Shown here one piece after another: positions 25,523 to 36,805 of a stretch of DNA of 64,000 nt. Positions within the stretch are counted from its first letter, which is position 1. Every line of letters begins with the position of its first letter. A program made the translations under genes and the position numbers. The notes beneath the pieces are model-generated. The model was not told the origin of the DNA and made no database searches. It saw only the letters and a list, made by a program, of their open reading frames with translations. The DNA is from Macrostomum lignano. Its lineage: Eukaryota. The stretch spans positions 1 to 64,000 of the forward strand of contig NIVC01000317.1 of NCBI GenBank assembly GCA_002269645.1, in the 5' to 3' direction.

Positions 25523-28500
25523 ATGGACCTCGAGAATTCCAGTTTCGCAACTTCAAGCACGTCAAACGTGCTGGACTCCACCACGACCACCCCAGACTTG
25601 AAGTCCATCACCTGGGACGATGCAACCTGGATTCTGACGTCAACATTTGTTATCTTCACTATGCAGTCGGGTGAGACACTAATTTGGATTCGTGTGACTC
25701 CCAGGGCAGGGTCACACAAGGACTAATGGACGTTGCGGTTGTTTCAGGACATAGAATATTATATTTCTGAACGAAAAGTTTATGGATATCAATAGAGCTA
25801 TAAGAAAGGCACAACTTATCAAAAGATGAACATTGGGTCTGCCTCCTATCGAAAGCAATCGACTATTTTTTGCTGAAAAATGGAAACTTCCTATCTCCGT
25901 AGTGTATTTTTTTGGGGGGAAAGTGGCCTTCAAAACATTTTCCATAGATTTCGAGTGTTGCGTTCTTCTAATTTAGTAGTACTTATGTCAAACACTTGAT
26001 GGACGATTTTTAACCTTCTACTGTTAAAGTGATCACACGAAGCCTTCGAATAAACTGCTCACAGAGCGCGATGGTTACGTCCTGATCCAAAGGCAACGAT
26101 CTGTGGGTCACACATTGACACGAAAGTTGCTCTTAAAGTTGAAAGAGCCAACAAATGAGACTTGTCTTTAAAACTACATTAAAATGCTTCTATTTAAGCT
26201 ACTACTGAACAGAAAGTAGCTTACACGCAAATGTGCTGTAAATGCATTTGCATATAAATGCAAATAGGTATGAAGTGAATTATCAACTACATTGGCGATA
26301 CTCATAAATCAAAAGCCAAATAAAATAGCCTAGAACAAGGACTACTGAAACTAGAAGGACGGGAACTACATTTTTAGGAAAATTACGTTACATACCGGAG
26401 ATTCTCGTTTTTCAGCCCAAAAATTGGTATTGCTTTTTATAGGAGGCAGACACAATGTTTATCTTCTGGTATGTCTGCCCTTTCTTATCGCTCTGTTGGC
26501 ATTCATAAAGCTTTTACCGTCTTTCTATTATACTTGAGTAGTTCTTGGCCTAGAATGATGAGCCAAATTAACAATGATCTGCTGCTGTTGCAGGCTTCGG
26601 CCTGCTCGAATCCGGCAGCGTGAACCCTCGCAACGAGGTCAACATCATGGTGAAAAACGTTGTAGACGTCGTATTCGGCGGCCTGACCTACTGGATGTTC
26701 GGCTACGCGCTCTCGTTCGGCCCCGACCCGGGCAACAACCCGTTCGTGGGCTGGGGCGAGTTCTTTGTTGACGCCGGGCCCGAAACTATGGGCCAGAAGT
26801 TTACCACGTTCATCTTTCAGATGAGCTTTGCCACCACAGCTACCACTATAGTGTCCGGGGCTATGGCTGAACGGACGAAACTGACGTCCTACATTGTGTT
26901 CTCGCTGTTTAACACTGTGATCTATTGCATCCCGGCGCATTGGTTCTGGGGCGCGAAGGTGAGGAGAAAAGTTAGGGGACTTGCTTTGCAGCTAGTGATA
27001 GCAAGGGTTAATGCTAGCTGATCAGATCTGATAGCAATGGTTAATGCTAGCTGTGATCAGATCTGATAGCTATGGTTAATGCTAGCTGTGATCAGATCTG
27101 ATAGCTATGGTTAATGCTAGCTGTGATCAGATCTGATAGCTATAAGCTAGCTGTGATCAGATCTGATAGCTATGGTTAATGCTAGCTGCTGTGATCAGAT
27201 CTGATAGCAATGGTTAATGCTAGCTGTGATCAGATCTGATAGCTATGGTTAATGCTAGCTGTGATCAGATCTGATAGCTATGGTTAATGCTAGCTGTGAT
27301 CAGATCTGATAGCTATGGTTAATGCTAGCTGTGATCAGATCTGATAGCTATGGTTAATGCTAGCTGTGATCAGATCTGATAGCTATGGTTAATGCTAGCT
27401 GTGATCAGATCTGATAGCAATGGTTAATGCTAGCTGTGATCAGGTCTGATAGCAATGGTTAATGCTAGCTGTGATCAGATCTGATAGCAATGGTTAATGC
27501 TAGCTGTGATCAGATCTGATAGCAATGGTTAATGCTAGCTGTGATCAGATCTGATAGCAATGGTTAATGCTAGCTGTGATCAGATCTGATAGCAATGGTT
27601 AATGCTAGCTGTGATCAGATCTGATAGCAACGGTTAATGCTAGCTGTGATCAGATCTGATAGCAATGGTTAATGCTAGCTGTGATCAGGTCTGATAGCAA
27701 CGGTTAATGCTAGCTGTGATCAGATCTGATGGCAAGGGTTAATGCTAGCTGTGATCAGATCTGATCGTAAGATCTCAATTATCGTATTAAATTTATTATT
27801 TAAACGCAACTTCAATATTTTAATAAATACATGTAGGGCTTCCTCAACGATCTTGGAGTTGTGGACATCGCCGGAGTTGGTCCTGTTCACCTTCTGGGCG
27901 GCACCACGGGTCTGGTGGCCACATTGCTGCTCAAACCAAGAACCGGGCGGTTCTGCGAGGGCCAGTCGGCACCTCCGATGGGATGTCCGACAAACGTTAT
28001 GCTGGGAATGTTCATGCTGTGGTGAGCATCGAATGCTTTGTAGTCACTTGGATTTGAAGGTTTAGTCTAAGACCGGGATCGGCAAACTCCGAAGCCTGTC
28101 TATCCGGCCCTCGGGTCATAATTGAAACTTCACAATAACAATGCGGCCCACTCAACGGTGATCATGAATTGTTTCAGCTCTACTCTCCCCCTCTCTCTCC
28201 TGTTTTCTTCTATCTTTTCTCTCATCCCATCTCGCCTCTCCTCTCTTCTCTCATCTCTGATCTATTCCCTCTCTTTTTCACTCTCATTTGGCCCGCAGCC
28301 ACGAACTGGATTATTTATCTGGCCCTCGAGGTAAAAACATTTGCCGACCCCTGGGACTCTAAGAGTGCTCATGCTGTGCGGAGTGCTTCAAATACGAATG
28401 CCCGATGCATGATAAGAAAATCTTCAATAATATCGTAATATGAATAATAGCAATCTTTAGGTCTCGGGAGAAGTTTCTGATCTGTGGTGGAAGATATTTA

Positions 28501-31161
28501 CAATGTATATTGTGAAGTAATTTATGACTGACAAGTGTGCTGGACCGACCTTATTAACGTGGACTGACTTATACTGCACCTTCACCACCTAAACCGAATG
28601 ATCCTGAACCTGCCCAGGTGGGGCTGGCTAGGCTTCAATTGCGGCAGCACCTTCGGCATTCGCGGTGGCAAGTGGAAGCTGGCGGCCAGGTCGGCCGTGT
28701 CCACCATCATGTCTTCCATGGGCGGCGGTCTCTCCAGCCTCAGTCTGACGTGAGCTTTGCAATTTCTAGTTAACTACACCAACAATCCGTGAAAGTTTCC
28801 AGCAATGTCCCCCACTTAAACTCCTAGATTTATCCTGTGTAAGGGAAAATTCGACATTGCGGACATTGTGAATGGTATTTTAGGCGCCCTGGTGTCCATA
28901 ACGGGTAAGCACGCATCTCTACAACTGACTTCTGATTAAACGTTTACCAACAGCAAAAAGTAGGATCGAGCGTAACAGACCAAACCTACCTGGCCATGCA
29001 GGTATGTGCGCCATTGCTCACCCATGGGAGGCGATAGTGATTGGCCTGTTGGCCGGACTGTACACAACTGGCACAACGCGATTGGTAGAACGACTACGAA
29101 TAGACGATCCAGTGGGTGTAATACCTGTGCACCTAGTCTGCGGCCTCTGGGGACTCACGGCTACCGGCCTCTTTGTTGAGCAGGTTTGGAATCTTAAATA
29201 CACGTACGGTTGACAATAAGTTGCATATTAACAGTAGGAAAATAATGGTATCGCTTCCGCCTCGATCTGATTATCAATATCAAGACGTTCCAGACATTTT
29301 GACCCGCACATCTACATAAAGTTTCTGGATTTAAGACAAGACAGTCAATCTACGACCTATTCAAGGATTGCTTAGGAAAGTTCCATTGTTCAAGAAAATC
29401 AAATTTTACACTTTCAGTCTGAGGGTGAAACAGCGCCCCATGGAATTTCTGAGAGATACCAAAATGTCAAGCTCGTGTCGGCATGGGGCTCCCAGTGTGG
29501 ATTTTTGGACCCCCGGGACGGGACGTTCTAACTGACGAAAACATGTTGCACGCTGTGGATATAGTTTCTAAAAATAAGGAGTAAAATATTTGCTTCAAGT
29601 TTATATGCCCGAGGAGTTCCAGTCAGCGCAAGAATGTTTAAAAGGAAATTCATTGCATGGTAGTTCAACTGCTAATCATAGACCTAGCAAGCATTAGTCA
29701 TCAACTAAAAAATGCTGCACACTCAGGACACTCTGGAGAACCTAACCAAAGGCAGATGCGGCCTGTTCCGCGGCTGCGGCCTCGGCCTGCTGGGAGTTCA
29801 ACTGCTGGCAGCTCTGTGCATCACCGCCTGGGCTGTTGTGGTCACCCTCGCTCAATTACTGGTATGCGTAAATATGAACATGTCAGACAGTTAGATAGTC
29901 ACATGTATCTCGCAGAGTTTCAGGCAAATCCCACGGGGTGAACAGCGGTCATGGCTTTCTCATCGTCAATCATGTGCAAACTGCCTTGTGGTTGGTCTTC
30001 CACGACATGGCACAACCAGCCCTAGGCCAAATCAATGAATAAAAACAGTACTCAGAGTCAGACGCATTATCCCTGACCTTCTCAGAGAGACTGTACAGTC
30101 CAGAAGATTTTTAATGAGGGCAGCACTGTTAATTTTAATAAACAATTGCTGTCATGATTTTCAAAATTAAGACCGCTTCAATAAGCTGGGTTTCTTGTGC
30201 CATAGCGTGCGTCATGACACATCAACTTTAATGTATTTCACATCCTGAATTTGGACCTTTGGATGACGAATTGGCACCTTTGTTTTTCTCAAGCTGGATT
30301 CCACTATTTGATTTTTGTCGTAGTTACTGCAGTTGATTTTTCACTTGAAGCATCAATAATTTTTATTAAAACTATGAAAAATTTCTATCAATTGTTAAAT
30401 TTGAGTCATCTGTAAACATGGAGTCAAGGACTACTCAAGTATAGGACGGGGAACTTCCGTTTCTTAGAAAGTGTTGAGGCAGGTTTTCGCCAAAAAAATA
30501 CACTAAACGGAGATAGGAAGTTTTCAATTTTCAGCACAAAAATTGTTATTGCTTTCGGTAGGAGGCAGACCCATTGTTCATATTTTGATATGTTGTGCTA
30601 TTCTTATAGCTCTATTGATATTTATGAAGCTTTTCGTTCAGAAAATTAGGATTCTATGTTTACTTTTTATTCTACGTACAATTGCACATGTCCAGTGCCT
30701 GAAAAACATTAAAATGGCACGACTCGGCTCATTTGTTTTTATGAATCTACGATCGAGTATTTCATCAGTCTTAGCTGACTGTGTAAAAATAGGTGTAACA
30801 GAGATGATTTTAGTAAGATTTCAGCGCAGCTCGAACCGCGCACTCTAACAGTGTATACACTCTTCATCCCCAGTTAATCCAGCGGCTGATAGGTCTGCGA
30901 GTGTCAACCGAGGAAGAACTGCTGGGTGCCGACTACTGCGAGCACAAAATCATGAATCGAGCGTATTCAGACGCGCCTGTACAAGTGACCAAGCAGCCAG
31001 GACAGTCGCCGCCACAGGAGCAGCCAGCAGATCTGGGCACGCCACTGCCGCCATCGAAACCGCCTCCTGAAGATGCCGGTCAAGTAAACGGTGGTGTCCG
31101 AGGCGGAGGAGCAAGCCGGGTTCGAGTCCGAATGGCCAGGCCTTTGGAAACTACTTGCTAA
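25523..31161 (+). CDS. amt: Ammonium transporter (Amt family), 503 aa; exons 25523-25670, 26594-26958, 27837-28021, 28618-28749, 28828-28904, 29002-29183, 29727-29861, 30874-31161
   Basis: WDDATWILTSTFVIFTMQSGFGLLESG, NIMVKNVVD, FQMSFATTATTIVSGAMAER, HWFWG, DIAGVGPVH, WWGWLGFNCGS, NGILGALVSIT, IDDPVGVIPVH, EEELLGAD. Exon phases consistent and total 1512 nt; Phe gate, twin His and S219-equivalent residues present. Confidence 0.95.
25748..25945 (-). mobile_element. Truncated, diverged arm of the CAAGG-foldback family in Amt intron 1
   Basis: Similar to the right arm of the intact copy (CATAGAAT...TTCTGAACGAAAAG...GAAACTTCCTATCTCCGTAGTGTATTTTT). Confidence 0.8.
26336..26490 (+). mobile_element. 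Second, more diverged arm of the CAAGG-foldback family in Amt intron 1
   Basis: Begins CAAGGACTAC...AGAAGGACGGGAA, later TTGGTATTGCTTTTTATAGGAGGCAGA, as in the terminal part of the intact copy. Confidence 0.7.
27003..27770. repeat. 35-nt minisatellite (GTGATCAGATCTGATAGCAATGGTTAATGCTAGCT) in Amt intron 2
   Basis: About 21 tandem copies. Confidence 0.96.
30425..30815. mobile_element. Half copy (one arm plus spacer) of the CAAGG-foldback family in the last Amt intron
   Basis: CAAGGACTAC...GGAGATAGGAAGTTTTC...CTTTTCGTTCAGAAAATTAGGATTCTATG followed by sequence matching the reverse complement of the intact copy's spacer. Confidence 0.85.
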
Positions 31162-31284
31162 GATTATGCCTTCACGAGTACAGTGTTTACTTACCCCCTG
31201 GTTGGGCAACTTATGCAGAATGCTTCACTTTAGACTTAACATTAATATATGACGCGTTTCTTCAATTCAACGAGGCATAGAGTA

Positions 31285-31881
31285 CGAGGGGTATCCGGAA
31301 AGTTCAGACACTTTTAATCTCAGAGCAAAAACAGTCGCAGCTGCAAGCACAACTTTGATGTCAATTTAATGCGGCACATCTACTTTTCTTTCCAATGAAT
31401 TTAGTCACGTGAATTTTGGTTAGTTCATTGAAAAGTTATGTGTGAAAAACCATTGCAATGCAACTGATAGTGTTACAGTAATAGGTGAGGTACATAACTT
31501 AGTTTTTTATGGATCTTGTTTGCTCTAATGTACAGTGCATCCCTCTCTTACCGTCCACCATTTCTGTGTTGAGTATTTTATACACTCCGTCACTTGTAAG
31601 CAAATCTCACTGTTTTGCACCTTGCGAAATTTTGCTTAGTCAAGTGTTTTGATTTTTGTGATTATTGACACCATAATGAGTGCAATCGAAAGAAGTCCAA
31701 AGGAATGGGAAAAGTGTGTTGCTACAGTTGGAGACCATGTTGGGAAGGCTGCTTTGAATTCATTCATTTTTCATTGGAAGGAAGGGATGTGCCGCTTTAA
31801 AATGGCATCAAAGTTGTGCTTGCAGCTGATACTGTGTTTGCTCTGGGATTAAAAGTGTCAGAACTTTTCGGACACCCCTCG
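31285..31881 (+). mobile_element. Non-autonomous mariner-type element (~600 bp) with TA TSD
   Basis: TA|CGAGGGGTATCCGGAAAGTTC ... GAACTTTTCGGACACCCCTCG|TA; internal remnant PKEWEKCVATVGDHVGK resembles a mariner transposase C-terminus. Confidence 0.88.
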
Positions 31882-32266
31882 TACATAAATTCAGTAAATA
31901 AAGCCACAAAAACTGAAAATTTATCAAACAAATATGAGCCCAACGCTCATGAAAAATTTCTAATCAAAATGATACTTGGTGCTGTAGCATTTTTTGTTTT
32001 CCATTTAGAAAATAATTGCAACAAAATATCTTTATACTCGTAGTAAAAATGCAATTAAAAGCAAGAATATATCTTACAAATTAGTAATACAATTGGACTA
32101 AACTCAGAGTAAATAGGTGAACAAACACGAAATTAGCTACAAAATTAGGAAATTCTTAGATTTACAAATAAATACTTGCTAAATAATCATCACTCCAGAT
32201 ACAGAACATACTACTAAATATCTATCCGGTTAGTAATAAGACAGTTTCAATAATCTCTCTCGACAA

Positions 32267-33031
32267 TCATGGACGAAGCAATACAATCTCGATGACGCGA
32301 AGTCCTCTCTCGCTGGGATCGATCATGCTGAGATTGCGCGGCCCAAATACAGTGCGATTGTACTCTTCCACTAGGCGGCTGACCGAGCGCAGGCACTTCG
32401 TTGTCGAGTTCACAGGTATGGGCTTCAGGTTATATTTGAGAAGCGTTACAAAAGGGAAGGAGATGGACAGTGGACTCAGACACAAGATGGATGGTGGGCT
32501 CAAAGACACAAGGAGATGGACGGTGGACTCAAAAGACACAAAGAGATGGATGGTGGACTCAAAAGAGAAAAGTAGATGGACAGTGGACTCAAGATACACT
32601 GAAGATAGACAGGCGACTCAAAAGACACACGGGAGATATATAGTGTACTCAAGGCACAAGATTGTTGGGGATAATATAGACAAGAAAATGAAAAAGACAC
32701 AAGGGCAGTGAACTCAAAGATCAGCAAACGCTTGTACCTTTTCGTATTGCGTCTCCATGCAGAGGTATGCCAAGTAGCCAGTCAGACAGGCAAAGCAGCT
32801 CTCCAGGTAGACACTGGCCGAGCCAGTCTCAGCAGCAATCAGTAGCTGGTTAATGTTGCCAATGACAGCAGTGAACACTTCCTCTGGTATTCTGCCCTGC
32901 AATTTAGCTGGCAGTTCAGTTGAGAAGCGCAACTCAGTACCATGGCTATAGTCACGGGGTACAAAGGCTTTGTTGGCTGGAGGCAAGATTGTGGCACTAT
33001 AGCTATTTGGTAGTGGCTTTGATGAGCTCAT
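32267..33031 (-). CDS. GOLGA7: Golgin A7 / Erf4-family palmitoyltransferase accessory subunit, 140 aa; exons 33031-32738 and 32395-32267
   Basis: AFVPRDYSHG...LESCFACLTGY...CMETQYEK|CLRSVSR...IDPSERGLRVIEI closely parallels human GOLGA7 including the CxxC palmitoylation site; GT donor and AAG acceptor. Confidence 0.93.
32455..32720. repeat. Degenerate ~37-nt minisatellite in the GOLGA7 intron
   Basis: Repeated GATGGACAGTGGACTCAAAAGACACAA-like units. Confidence 0.8.
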
Positions 33032-35570
33032 CTTAGCTTAACATAGCATTGAAAATTGTTGCAGAAAATGAGTAAAAATTCTTAGTGTATCTTCTTCAGG
33101 TTTTTGTCAAAATTATATAAAATGCTATCATACCTGAACTCTTCTTCATAATTGAAATTATAGGCAAAGCTAATAGAAAGGTTGTTTACTAATCTAAAGT
33201 AACATATTCTTAGATTCTGCAATAAATAACTTAATTATAGAGTTAAAGTATTAATACTAGTCTATTATATACAATTAATAATATTGGCCTCTTGAAAAAA
33301 AGAGTCAGAGAGCAAAATGATTTTTTAATAAAAAAAATGCTAATTAATTTTGATATTTCAAAACTTGAATGCATACTAATACAGCTATATTTAACAAAAT
33401 TTAAAATTGTCACTATAAACCATCTTAGATACAATAATATGCCTAAGCAAGAGTTGGAAAACCTTCTGCTATTTGTAATTTAATCAGCTGAAGTCAATCA
33501 TTTTACCAATGCTTTAGGATAATAGCTTTCAATATTTGTAACTTTATATGCTAATGTTTTAAATATTATATATGAGGAAGGCCCCTCTTGTTTTATGTAA
33601 AAAATTCAATTGCTAGTACGCATTTCAAACTCACACTAAAACTAAGAATGACATTTTGTTTTACTATTTGTGTTTTCCAAAATATTTTCACAATTTATTT
33701 TTTGTTAAAACTAGACCTAAAAATTGGTATAAATAGAAGCGAATTTTGCTGAGAGAGGAGCAACCAGTTTGGTCTCATTTCATGACTTGCTCTTGCAGCT
33801 TAAGTGGTAACATAGTTAAGAAGTGTTTCAAGTAAAAATTGAAAAGTATTTTCTGAGTTTTTCATTTGCAGAAGTAAGAGTGAAGTAAATGGAAGTGTGT
33901 ACCATATATACTACTGAGAAGGAAAGTATTGAGTAGTAAGAGAATTACAAAGTAGATCTAGATCGATATATGTAAAAATAACCAGAGGCTGTGACCCTCT
34001 GATCTCGGTAACACCCAGGACTTGGAAAGTACATGCAATATGTATACCAGTAAAGCCAATATACCGCTCAAGCCAAATCATTAGAACACTACTAGGAACA
34101 TTATAAACGCTACCAGAATAATAGAGGAGATACTTGTAAGGACTGAATAATATACTCAGACATATTCTAAGAAACAATATTACTAGACTTATTCTAAGAT
34201 TAATAAACTCATAATTTATTAATAGAATAGTCTTGGTGGCAGCTACCAACATTTAAACATTTAATAATAACCCCCCCCCCCAACTTGGTGGCATTGTGGA
34301 ATCATTTATAAAGACAGAAATTAAGCCCTGTAACAACTTAGTGACAGCTAGGGAATCATTTGTAGAGACAGAAGAATCACGCCTTTGACAACTTGGTAGC
34401 AGCTTTAGGATATTTAATAAATAGGAATTAGACAAGTAGCCCTGTTACAGTTGGTGGCTAACTGGTGAGATTCTGTATTGTACAGGAACACCACTTCAAC
34501 AACTTGGTTGCAGCAGTGGGATAATTTCAGTGAGAGCAACCACCCCTACAACAACTTTGGTGGCATTAATAGGATTTCTAGAGAGAGCTAAAAGGCCTGT
34601 TACATATAATATGAATTAATTTGATATTCTACTTTTATATCATAATTTATGATAATGCTTTGTGTAGGAAAATTTCTCTCTTAGAAATACATTTGAGTTT
34701 AATTTCTAATATGGATAATATAAAGCAAAATATTGAATAAAAATGATAAGATAATGAGCTATTTAGGTACATACAGACAGCAATTTTTTTCCTATGCAAA
34801 CAATGCAATATCCTAATTGCAATGGGTTATATTGCACAATATAAGCAAAGATATGCAGTTTATTAATATAGGCTTAGATAAAGTTAAGTTAATTATAAGA
34901 ATAAGTCAACTAGGCCTTAGTCTATAACAAATAAAAAATATTCATCATATTATACATACAAAATATTATTCTAAATTCTTTTAAACTGGAAGTTTATGAA
35001 ATATTGGAGACTAGACACAATGCATGATTGCAAAATTGCTTGCATGGTCAATAAAGCCTAAACAAACATGCATCATTTAGCAATTAGCATATCTAAATAA
35101 AACAAACTGATAGCAATTGATAACAAAAGACATGTCCAGCAGGAGATAGAACAACTGGATTTGGGTTAGAATAGGCCTATACTCTTACTACTAATACTAA
35201 TAGGTTGATTAAATATTTCTAGGTATTCGAAACAAAAAAAAATTTAAAGCGTAAAGTCCTAATAGATTTTTCAAAAGTCCAGTGACAAATAGAAAAAAAA
35301 TTACTTAATAAAAACATTTCCGTTTTTCGCAAGCATCTGCCGCCGCTATATAGACTTCGCGGTCGCCACGCAGTTTGAATTTAAAAACGTACAGTAGGTA
35401 ACGTAAAACAATTTGATCAATTACAGGAATTTTAAATCGATCAAACTAAGTGAGCAGACTTTTCTAATGAAATAATATATATATGTGAAGCGTAGATCAG
35501 TAAATCTTTATGAAATTTACTGATTTTGGACTAAAAATTTTCAGTCCAGCGACCACCGTCTTACCAACAC

Positions 35571-36268
35571 CAAGGACGACTTAAGTAGAAGGACGGGAAA
35601 CCTCGTTTCTTAGAAAAGTTTTGAAGGCACTTTTTCCCGAAAAAATACACTACGGAGATAGGAAGTTTTCATTTTTTCAGCACAAAAATTGTTATTGCGT
35701 TTGATAGGAGGCGGATCCAGTGTTCATCTTTTGATATGTTGTGCCTTTTTTATTGCTCTATCGATATTTGTGAAGCTTTTCGTTCAGAAAATTGGGATTC
35801 TATGTTAATTTTTTATTCTACGTATATTTCCTGTACCTAAAAATCACAAAAATGCATGACACAGCTCCAATATTTGGTTTTATGAACCTATTTTATCATC
35901 TCTGTTACAAATATTTGCTACACAGTCGGGTAAGAATGATAAAAAAGACTCATGAAGCTAAAGAGCCGAGCCGTGGCATTCTAATGTATTTCAAGCACAA
36001 GACACGCGAAAATATACGTAGAATAAAAAATTAACATAGAATCCTAATTTTCTGAACGAAAAGCTTTACAAATATAGATAGAGCAATAAAAAAAGCACAA
36101 CATATCAAAAGATGAACACTGGATCTGCCTCCTATCAAACGCAATAACAATTTTTGTGCTGAAAAAATGAAAACTTCCTATCTCCGTAGTGTATTTTTTC
36201 GGGAAAAAGTGCCTTCAAAACTTTTCTAAGAAACGAGGTTTCCCGTCCTTCTACTTAAGTCGTCCTTG
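35571..36268. mobile_element. Intact foldback/MITE DNA transposon: ~260-bp TIRs starting CAAGG, ~180-bp spacer, 8-bp TSD ACCAACAC (P or hAT superfamily)
   Basis: 35571-35830 is the near-perfect reverse complement of 36009-36268 (a few mismatches); ACCAACAC flanks both ends (35563-35570, 36269-36276). Confidence 0.95.
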
Positions 36269-36805
36269 ACCAACACATTCGCAAAACTCAAATGTGGAAT
36301 TCGACAGACAAACTGTAAGTGTATGCAGGTCTAGTTAGTAGACACTGCCATTAAAATTCCCTCTTTAAGGCGTGTGAAATTGCGAAAAATCTTAGAATTG
36401 TATTATCATAAAACATGCGCAATAGGCGACTAAATTTGGTATATTTTTCTCAGAAATCGTACCTCAAGAAGTTATAAAAGATGGAAGAGTGGGACCATGA
36501 TTGAATTGGAATTCACGGGTGTGACTATTGAAACCGAACCGGAGTCTTAAGAGATTAGTCGAGTTATTGAAATTAGAAATTAATGAATACAGTAGTTTTG
36601 CATTCGGTGGCATGCATACGATAGAATAAGCAAACTAAATATAAATTACTTAAATCCTTATTAGGCAAACCGGTTTCTCTAAAAGCGTGTATATATGAAT
36701 CTAAACTAGGCTTCATTCATACATAATAATCCATACTGAGACACCGACACCAAACTTAAGCCAGTTAAGAGTGCGTATTTCAAGTTCATTATACTCGTAA
36801 TTGAT

